Part shown: one piece after another, positions 7,843 through 14,955 of the stretch
Numbering within the stretch: the stretch's first letter is position 1
Layout: every line of letters begins with the position of its first letter
Source of the DNA: an uncultured bacterium
Lineage (GTDB): Bacteria; CSSED10-310; CAZUFC01
DNA length: 14,955 nt
NCBI GenBank assembly: GCA_964619725.1
Contig: CAZUFC010000172.1
Location: 1 to 14,955, forward strand
Reading direction: 5' to 3'
Program-made: the position numbers and the translations under genes
The notes under the pieces: model-generated
What the model saw: only the letters and a program-made list of their open reading frames with translations
Databases searched by the model: none
What the model was told of the DNA's origin: nothing

Positions 7843-8991
7843 TCATTCTGCGACTTCAGGATTCATAACGTCGAAAGGCTCCCTTAACTGACCGAAATCA
7901 GCGTAGCTTTTGAGTCGCATTAAAACCGGCGGAGTAACCTTCTGCCCCTTGGGGAACAACAACAGGCCGTTTTTAGTGCGGATGTCTTCATTAAAAATCA
8001 TTCCGCATTTCAAACCCTCATATCGAATTCTCTTCACGTCTTCCTCAATCTTTTCAAAAGATTGCAAAGCATACAGGATATTGGGGTTATAAATATGCTT
8101 TCTTTTCGACATAAATTTGATCGCATAATCGAAATTAGAACCGGAATTTATTATCTGATCGCAATCCAAGGCTATTTTAAGCATCTGAGCGCCGATGGCG
8201 CGGCCCATTTCTTCTTCATCCGGGCGCTCAGAAAGGGAAAACTCGGAAAAAGGTTTATTTTGATTTTCCACCATACCGGCGATGACTTCCATTCTTGGAA
8301 TCCTTTTCAGAAGGTCCGCGCCTATCCTGGCGTGATTCCTGAACATCTCCTCTTCCGTTTTCAACATCACCTTCTGTGAAAACAGTTTTTTAAAAGTAAT
8401 CGGCGGTATCGTGACGCAACCTATCTGAGACAAAAAAGCAGCGGCCTCATATTGCCAGGGATTGCGCAAGGCAAGTTTACGAGACATATGCTTAATGTAA
8501 TCCAGAATACGCAATGTTCGGCTGAAGGCAAGAGGATTGGTCATCGAAATTATCTCACTAATGACCTTGATCACCCCGACAACTGTTTTTTCCAGTAATT
8601 CCCTTTCTTTTCTAATCAGACGATATTGCTCTACACCTGATGCAATCACCTTTTTCAGTTTTTCAGACGAACATGGTTTCGTCAGAAACTTAAATATGGC
8701 TCCCTCGTTCACTGCATCCACGGCTAAATCAAGGTCATACAAACCCGTTATCATTATTCGCGTCGTTTCAGGCAGAAGGTCTTTCACCTTTTGCAACAAC
8801 TCTATGCCGTTCATTCCCGGCATTTTCATATCCGATAATATTACAGCAAAAGGGCCGTCTTCACGGATCAACTTCAACGCGGCATCGCCCTCATCCGCAA
8901 CTCTTATGACATAATCGCCTCTTAAATTTCGTTTGAATGCCGACAATACGTTCTTATCGTCATCGACGCAAAGTATTCTCTCCTTCTTCAA
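7843..8991 (-). CDS. Response regulator: REC + degenerate HD-GYP-like domain (SQIGC) + small C-terminal domain
   Basis: ILCVDDD, SDMKMPGMNG, MITG, FLTKP; AAFLSQIGC in place of LHDIGK; TTG start with SD GAGGGGTG 7 nt upstream. Confidence 0.9.
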   Translation of the reverse strand: MKKERILCVDDDKNVLSAFKRNLRGDYVIRVADEGDAALKLIREDGPFAVILSDMKMPGMNGIELLQKVKDLLPETTRIMITGLYDLDLAVDAVNEGAIFKFLTKPCSSEKLKKVIASGVEQYRLIRKERELLEKTVVGVIKVISEIISMTNPLAFSRTLRILDYIKHMSRKLALRNPWQYEAAAFLSQIGCVTIPPITFKKLFSQKVMLKTEEEMFRNHARIGADLLKRIPRMEVIAGMVENQNKPFSEFSLSERPDEEEMGRAIGAQMLKIALDCDQIINSGSNFDYAIKFMSKRKHIYNPNILYALQSFEKIEEDVKRIRYEGLKCGMIFNEDIRTKNGLLLFPKGQKVTPPVLMRLKSYADFGQLREPFDVMNPEVAE

Positions 8992-9039
8992 TTTTCATCA
9001 CCCCTCAAAATTTGAAATACAACCTCAACTTCAACAACA

Positions 9040-10188
9040 TCAGTCGATTCCGCTATGTTTCACTACTTTGGCTTTTATTCCGATTCCCTTGTAACGTTCT
9101 GCATTGCTTATCTTCATCTTCAACACATCCGTAATTTCTTCCCCTTTACTGACCAGCCTGTTGTTCTCGTCGTCATACAAATCCTCCGCCATTTTCATAC
9201 CTGATTTGATATCCTTAACTTCCAACTCTTCAACATGGAACATTCTCTGACTTTCTTTTAATTCCGATTCCAGAGCCTTCAGTATCTCAGTATTATATGC
9301 CGATGCATCGTTAAATAAACGCTCTAATGCCGCTTTCTCGCTCATAACCTCATTTTTAAACATCACGAAATCTGAAATGCACCTCAATGCTTGTGAAAGA
9401 AAATGCGCATTCCCGGCTTTTTCTGTTGCGGCCTTCTTTTCGTTTCCAGCATCAAATTGCACTAAAGCGAAAGCCTTACAAATGTTTTCAAATTTCGGCA
9501 GATTATCGAGCCATTTTGCGGCTATCCGGGGATGAGAAAAATAAATAATCTGTTCCGCTTTGGTCAGTTCCTCTCCGCTGTTTTTCTTTCTTACAATTTC
9601 ATCAGGGACGGCGACGCATCCGATTTGCGACAGCATGCCTGACATCTCGAATTCCCATATATTCCTGCAGTTAAATCTTCTGCCTATTCTTTTCATCATA
9701 TCCCGGATTTCCGACGATAACCGAAAGGCTTCAGGATTGGTCATCGCCAGAATATCGGTCAGTATTTTCACTGCGCCTTTTACTGTTCCTTCCAGCAACA
9801 TTTTTTCCGATAAGAGCAGTTTATGTTGTTCCACGGCATCCCGAATTATGGGTATGAACTGTTCCTTCTGAACGGGTTTATTAACGAAACGGAAAATATT
9901 ACCTTTATTAATGGAATCGATCGCTGTCTGCAAATCGGCTTTTCCTGTCAGCATTATTCTTACCGTATTCGGACTGACGTCCCGGGCAAGCGCCAGGAAG
10001 GTACTGCCCTTCATTCCGTACATCTGATAATCTGAAATAATCACTGAAAAAGATTTATCGCGTCTTATAATATCCAGTCCCTCTTCTCCGCTTTCGGCAG
10101 TTGCCGTAACATACTCTGAATGAAGAAGTCGTTTTAAGCTTCCCAGCAGCAGTTTATCATCATCGACGATCAATATTTTATCTTTCAT
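9040..10188 (-). CDS. Response regulator: REC + degenerate HD-GYP-like domain (SQIGC) + small C-terminal domain
   Basis: ILIVDDD, SDYQMYGMKG, MLTG, FVNKP; GMLSQIGC. Start placed at 10188 (MKDKIL; SD GGAGAGG; 11-nt overlap with the upstream stop) rather than 10239. Confidence 0.9.
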   Translation of the reverse strand: MKDKILIVDDDKLLLGSLKRLLHSEYVTATAESGEEGLDIIRRDKSFSVIISDYQMYGMKGSTFLALARDVSPNTVRIMLTGKADLQTAIDSINKGNIFRFVNKPVQKEQFIPIIRDAVEQHKLLLSEKMLLEGTVKGAVKILTDILAMTNPEAFRLSSEIRDMMKRIGRRFNCRNIWEFEMSGMLSQIGCVAVPDEIVRKKNSGEELTKAEQIIYFSHPRIAAKWLDNLPKFENICKAFALVQFDAGNEKKAATEKAGNAHFLSQALRCISDFVMFKNEVMSEKAALERLFNDASAYNTEILKALESELKESQRMFHVEELEVKDIKSGMKMAEDLYDDENNRLVSKGEEITDVLKMKISNAERYKGIGIKAKVVKHSGID

Positions 10189-11383
10189 CCGACCTCTCCG
10201 TTCGTTCGCCATCCCTGCCGGCGTCATTCGCTTTTTCAATCACCATAAAGGGCTCCTTTATGCCGATTCTTTCTTTGAAATTCTCCAACCGTATTTTTAT
10301 TGATTCTGTGACTTCCATGCCCTGTGCGGCAAGTATCGTCCCGTCGCTGGAAATGATATTCTCGTTGAGTATCATCCCGCAGAACAGTTCTTTTAAAGAA
10401 ACTTTCCTGAAATCATCACTTTCGTATTGTGATTCGTAACCTGAAAACGTTTTCACTATTTCAGGATCATACACATCATCCTGTTCCAGCATGCTTCTTA
10501 TCGCTTGTTTCTGGGTCATGCCTTCAATCACCATTTTATCTAGGTCAAGCGTGAATTTAAGAATTTGAGCTCCGGTAAAGATGTCGGCTGTATCTTCTCT
10601 TCCCGTTTTATGATTCGACTTTTCCTCCAGGAGCCTCCGGAAAGGAATATTCTGTCGTTTAATTATCTCGGAAACAGTTTTCATCCGCGGTATCTTGTCC
10701 AACAACTCAGCGCCTTTCTCCGGATATTTCCGGACCATCTCCTTCTCAGTATTCGTCAACGATTTGCCGTGCAGCATTTTATCCAGGATTTCCGCGGTTA
10801 ACGTCACGCAACCTATCTGAGAAAGCATTGCAGACATCTCTATCTGCCAGCCATTTTTCAATCTCATTTTATCGCAGATATAACTGACGTATTTGTGCGT
10901 TCTGGCCGCCCGGCTGAATGCGGGCGGATTCACCAGGGCTAATACTTCTGAAAGCATTTTGATGCTCCCTGTTAGGGTCTTTCCCAGCAATTCCTTTTCG
11001 GCGGTATTCAGTTTGTATTGATCTATTCCGGACTTAATCGTCGTCCTTAAAATTTCCATAGAACAGGGCTTTCTTAAAAAACGAAATATGTTTCCTTCAT
11101 TAACCGCATTGACGGCTGTTTCAACATCTGCGTAACCCGTCAACATTATTCTCACTGTATCTCTTGATCTTTCCCTCACTTTGGATAACAAATCAATGCC
11201 GTTCATTCCCGGCATCCGCATATCCGAGACGACTACGGCAAACGGCGTTCCTTTTTCATCTATTATTTTTAAGGCTTCTTCCCCCCCATTGGCCGTGAAG
11301 ACGGAAAAATAATTACGCATGCTCCGTTTAAAACTTGAAAGGATATTTACATCATCGTCGACCATTAAAACTTCCTTATTCAT
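10178..11383 (-). CDS. Response regulator: REC + degenerate HD-GYP-like domain (SQIGC) + small C-terminal domain
   Basis: VLMVDDD, SDMRMPGMNG, MLTG, FLRKP; AMLSQIGC; 8-nt overlap with the upstream gene. Confidence 0.9.
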   Translation of the reverse strand: MNKEVLMVDDDVNILSSFKRSMRNYFSVFTANGGEEALKIIDEKGTPFAVVVSDMRMPGMNGIDLLSKVRERSRDTVRIMLTGYADVETAVNAVNEGNIFRFLRKPCSMEILRTTIKSGIDQYKLNTAEKELLGKTLTGSIKMLSEVLALVNPPAFSRAARTHKYVSYICDKMRLKNGWQIEMSAMLSQIGCVTLTAEILDKMLHGKSLTNTEKEMVRKYPEKGAELLDKIPRMKTVSEIIKRQNIPFRRLLEEKSNHKTGREDTADIFTGAQILKFTLDLDKMVIEGMTQKQAIRSMLEQDDVYDPEIVKTFSGYESQYESDDFRKVSLKELFCGMILNENIISSDGTILAAQGMEVTESIKIRLENFKERIGIKEPFMVIEKANDAGRDGERTERSDER

Positions 11384-12599
11384 TGACCGCCTTCTCCATA
11401 TTTGAATTCAAACGTTCATACCATTCATTAATCCGGTCGGCTATTCCTAACTGTTCAAGAAAACTTAAATTCATTACTTCTCCGGCATCTTCCTCATCCA
11501 ATCCCTCATTCTTCCCGGCAAAAAAATTCGCCACATATACTCCAACCATCGCATCCGGTTCCTCAACCAATATCTTCTCAGGCGTATGGTGAAAGGCTAC
11601 CGCTTCAATCACAGGATTAGGCAAACCCCACAACCCCAGCAAATAAGCCCCGATCTCCGCATGAGTCAAATTGAATACTCTCTGCTCAGCCTTATGACAG
11701 GGCATTTTTTCTTCTTCCGTCAATTCTTTTACTTTTTTGTAATCCTCCGGCAGGTTAACTGCTAATATAATTTTGCCGATATCGTGCATCATACCCGCCA
11801 GGAAAGCGAAATCCGATATCTTCCTGTCAGCCTTGCAGAAACCCAATATTTCCTTTGAATAATTCCCTACCAGCCTGCTGTGATTCCATAATTTCTCTAT
11901 CGATAAACATTGTTTGATTTTTTCCTGATCGAATTGTGAAAAAATATGTATGGAAAGCACCAACGATTTGACTATCTCCAGCCCTAAAAGCACCACGGCC
12001 TGCGACGGACTGGAAACATGCTGAGGAATTCCGAAAAATGCCGAATTAACCAACTGAAGTATCTTGGCGCTCATTCCTATGTCTTCTTCAATAATTTCTT
12101 TGATCTTATTCATCGACGGTTCAGACGACAACAATTCTTCCTGTATCTTTTTATAGAGCGTCGGCAAACTCGGCAATGTCTCCAACTGAGTTACCATGCT
12201 CTTTATTCTCTCATCAGCTAGAAGATCAAGAAGCGTACAAGCCCGATTGATAGTCGCTTTCAACAACTCCGGATCACACGGTTTGGAGAGATACTGATGC
12301 GTCGGCATGACGGATTCCATTATCATATCTCTGTCGGAATGGCCTGAAAGGATTATCCGGACCGTTTGAGGATATTCTTCTTTGATTTTTTTCAACAACG
12401 CGGCTCCGTCCATACCCGGCATCCGCATATCGCTGACCACCACGTGATACTTTTTTTCTTTCATTACTTCCAAAGCCGCCTCACCGCTTTCAATAAAATC
12501 CATATCCCATTCACGCCGCATGCTTCTCAGCATCCTCCGAAGTCCCTGTAAAACCTTCGGCTCATCATCTACAAAAAGAATTCTTCTGAGCTCCTCCAT
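11376..12599 (-). CDS. Response regulator with HDOD output domain (REC-HDOD)
   Basis: ILFVDDE, SDMRMPGMDG, ILSG, YLSKP; HDOD motifs LPSLP, ILQLVNSAFFG, AVVLLG, LWNHS, AGMMHDIGK, HAEIGAYLL..WGLP, AFHH. Start 12599 has SD-like AAGGAAGGA; the alternative start 12656 overlaps the kinase stop (ATGA). Confidence 0.92.
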   Translation of the reverse strand: MEELRRILFVDDEPKVLQGLRRMLRSMRREWDMDFIESGEAALEVMKEKKYHVVVSDMRMPGMDGAALLKKIKEEYPQTVRIILSGHSDRDMIMESVMPTHQYLSKPCDPELLKATINRACTLLDLLADERIKSMVTQLETLPSLPTLYKKIQEELLSSEPSMNKIKEIIEEDIGMSAKILQLVNSAFFGIPQHVSSPSQAVVLLGLEIVKSLVLSIHIFSQFDQEKIKQCLSIEKLWNHSRLVGNYSKEILGFCKADRKISDFAFLAGMMHDIGKIILAVNLPEDYKKVKELTEEEKMPCHKAEQRVFNLTHAEIGAYLLGLWGLPNPVIEAVAFHHTPEKILVEEPDAMVGVYVANFFAGKNEGLDEEDAGEVMNLSFLEQLGIADRINEWYERLNSNMEKAVNE

Positions 12600-12652
12600 T
12601 TTTTCCTTCCTTTTCTTCGCTGTCCGTTTTTCAGAAATCTGGAATTGACTTT

Positions 12653-14599
12653 TCATACCGGTAAACGGACAATGAAAGTCGTCCCCTCCCCACTCTCCGT
12701 TTCAAAATCGATCGTACCGCCGTGTCTGTTCACTACCGAATTATGAACGATCGATAATCCCTGACCGGTTCCAACCCCGACCTCCTTCGTCGTAAAAAAG
12801 GGATCGAATATTCTTTCCCTGATATCATTATTAATGCCGCTTCCCGAATCTATCACCCTTATCTCAACGTAATCGCCGTCACGGCCGGTCGTTATTCTGA
12901 TCTTTCCCTTTTCATCCGATTCCTCTTTGACCTTGCCGGATACGGCATGGGCGGCATTGACGATCAAATTCAGCATAATTTGATTGAAATCGCCCGGAAT
13001 ACAAAAAATCATAGGTATTCCCGGATCAAACTCCGTCTCCATATCCGCCGTGTATTTCCACTCATTGCGAGTAACCGTAATCGCATTTTCTATCGCCTTA
13101 TTAATATCCATCAGCGTTTTCTCCGAATTTCCGGGATGAGAAAAATTCTTCATCGCCGCGACGATCCTGGTGACTCTTGAAATACCCTCCTGTGACTGCT
13201 CTATCGCGTCAGGCATCTCACTCAACAGATAATCCTTCTCTATTTCTTCAGACAATGCCTCAATCCTGTCCAGCAGCTCAACCGCAATTTCCTCTTTTCT
13301 GCAACGCTCAACCAGCTTTTCATATTCATCGATTAACTCGCTCAAACTGTTGAAACCTTCAGACAAAAAGCGCACGTTGTCCCCCACATATTGAGTGGGC
13401 GTATTTATTTCATGAGCGATACCGGCCGCCAACTGTCCTATTGATTCCATTCTCTGCATCTGGGTCATTTGAGTTTGAGACTGCTTTCTTTCCGTTATAT
13501 CAGCGCCCAGCAATACAAATCCGATAATAGAACCCAGATTGCAAACCGGATTGATGGTGAGTCCCAGCAACCTTCTGCTTCCGTCTTTTTGAGATAAACA
13601 TACGTCATCCAGCTTCAACTGCTTCCCCTCTTTTCTGCTCTCCTCAATTCCCTCCATTATTTTGTCCCATTCCCAACCAATTTCTATCTCTTCCAAAGGC
13701 CTACCGAGAATCTCCTCTGAGTTGATCTCAAAAATGCATTCTGCCTGGGCATTAAACATAGAAACCCTGGTATCGCTGTAAAGACTTATAAAAATTGACG
13801 AAATGGAAGAAAACAACTTAGAATAATACTCATACAGTCTCTTGATCATTTCGTCAAAACGTCGCTTGTATCCAGAGCCGCTTATGGCGCCCATTATTTG
13901 AAGACCCCGCCCCAGCTCTATGGCCTTTAAAATCAGTATGACGAGTTTCTGGCTCCCGTCTTTCCGCTTCATCGGAAAACTCTCTGTTACCTTTGCTTCG
14001 CTATCCGGCATCTGCTCACATTCTTTCAACAGCTCATTAAAAAAATAGTACGTATCCTTCTTGAATATGAGGTCTTTCAATTCCATTCCTTTCATTTCTT
14101 CCGCTTCATATCCCAGCATCCTGCAGAAATTGGAATTGAAATCCAGTATCCTGCGCTTCGAAGCATCGGCAAAAAATATCCCATGCGAAGCATTCTCAAA
14201 GACAGCGGTGTACTTCTCTTGAAATTCGCGCTGACTTTTCGCCTTCTCCTGAAGGTCCGTTAAGTCGATACCCAAAAAACAAATATTATCGGAATTGTCC
14301 AGCGCCTTGTAACAATATTCATCCGGCAGAGTATGCCACGAAATATCCCGGACTCCTCCCCCCTTCTTTTTCAAACGTATGATTGCACCATTAAATTTTT
14401 CACCCTTCTCGCGCAATATCTCAACCAGCCTCCGAACGTAAGGCTTTCCACTCTCATATTCTCTTATCTTGCTTGAATCCTTCAGTATCTCTTCAGTCTT
14501 GTAACCCGTTACCGCTTCACATTCCGAATTCCAATACACAACTCTGTTTTGTTCATTTACAATAATGCACAACATAAACAAATTCCCGTATTCGTCCAT
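12653..14599 (-). CDS. Cytoplasmic sensor histidine kinase with three PAS domains, paralog of 5348-7780
   Basis: Three PAS-like units; H-box [11 protein letters not shown] (H396); [30 protein letters not shown]; no TM helix. Start lacks a clear SD. Confidence 0.93.
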   Translation of the reverse strand: MDEYGNLFMLCIIVNEQNRVVYWNSECEAVTGYKTEEILKDSSKIREYESGKPYVRRLVEILREKGEKFNGAIIRLKKKGGGVRDISWHTLPDEYCYKALDNSDNICFLGIDLTDLQEKAKSQREFQEKYTAVFENASHGIFFADASKRRILDFNSNFCRMLGYEAEEMKGMELKDLIFKKDTYYFFNELLKECEQMPDSEAKVTESFPMKRKDGSQKLVILILKAIELGRGLQIMGAISGSGYKRRFDEMIKRLYEYYSKLFSSISSIFISLYSDTRVSMFNAQAECIFEINSEEILGRPLEEIEIGWEWDKIMEGIEESRKEGKQLKLDDVCLSQKDGSRRLLGLTINPVCNLGSIIGFVLLGADITERKQSQTQMTQMQRMESIGQLAAGIAHEINTPTQYVGDNVRFLSEGFNSLSELIDEYEKLVERCRKEEIAVELLDRIEALSEEIEKDYLLSEMPDAIEQSQEGISRVTRIVAAMKNFSHPGNSEKTLMDINKAIENAITVTRNEWKYTADMETEFDPGIPMIFCIPGDFNQIMLNLIVNAAHAVSGKVKEESDEKGKIRITTGRDGDYVEIRVIDSGSGINNDIRERIFDPFFTTKEVGVGTGQGLSIVHNSVVNRHGGTIDFETESGEGTTFIVRLPV

Positions 14600-14765
14600 A
14601 ATTCAGTTTCGAGAATTTCTATTTCTATTCTCGTACGATCCCGATCAGATTTTAAATATCTGATGCCCGGTTCTAAAATTTTAACATGCTTTTTTGACAA
14701 AATTTATCAGATTTTCTGCTCACACGGAAGGACGGAAGCAAACTGATATTTGCCCCTCCTCATGT

Positions 14766-14793
14766 ATTATAACGATAAGTCCTTATTTGTCAA
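14766..14793 (-). promoter_or_regulatory. Sigma70-type promoter for the kinase/four-regulator operon
   Basis: Minus strand TTGACA (14793-14788), 16-nt spacer, TATAAT (14771-14766); both hexamers match consensus exactly; predicted TSS about 14760. Confidence 0.8.
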
Positions 14794-14799
14794 GAAGAT

Positions 14800-14813
14800 A
14801 TGTTTTAAAACAT
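14800..14813. promoter_or_regulatory. Candidate operator palindrome just upstream of the -35 element
   Basis: Perfect 14-bp palindrome ATGTTTTAAAACAT, 6 nt upstream of TTGACA; AT-rich context weakens significance. Confidence 0.35.
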
Positions 14814-14955
14814 TCGGCAATCGGTTTTACAGGGCGTTGAGTCTTTTCTTTAGAATGAGAATTACAAATAATTTCAGCAGGTATCAAAAAACGTCTGCTT
14901 TAGTTTTTGTCCATAAACGGCGAATTTTTCCCAATACTGAGTCATTCTTCGGATT

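Noticed and set aside
7781-7853. Bidirectional terminator between the convergent genes
   Set aside because: TCGCAGAA/TTCTGCGA arms are far apart and there is no U-tract on either side.
10189-10239. 17-aa N-terminal extension of the middle regulator
   Set aside because: Would overlap the upstream gene by 62 nt; the ATG at 10188 has an SD and matches the paralog starts.
5441-14746. Short antisense ORFs within the kinase and regulator genes
   Set aside because: Overlap well-supported CDSs and show no domain or RBS support.

Overview
Bacterial window with two unrelated modules. (1) 700-4816 (+): a three-gene secreted/surface operon. It encodes a small 'GQ...GGFW' protein with a Pro/Thr linker and an IPTL-CTERM-like membrane anchor; a signal-peptide-bearing, phage-tail-fibre-like collagen protein (46 Gly-X-Y triplets, GIGT-P repeats, C-terminal DYAE chaperone-like domain); and a Cys-rich secreted protein with an FTP/PepSY-like prodomain and a His-Gly...Ser-Cys dyad suggesting a clan CD cysteine peptidase. 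(2) 5348-14599: a cytoplasmic two-component cluster in which two paralogous multi-PAS histidine kinases converge around four response regulators with no DNA-binding output (one REC-HDOD and three REC + degenerate HD-GYP-like paralogs, HD replaced by SQ). Non-coding signals: tandem IS-end-like repeats with a long internal hairpin (1-242), a terminator-like leader hairpin upstream of the surface operon, a candidate minus-strand sRNA with an anti-Shine-Dalgarno loop and its own terminator (4825-4910), and a consensus sigma70 promoter for the kinase/regulator operon. Family assignments come from motif recognition by eye; no database searches were run.
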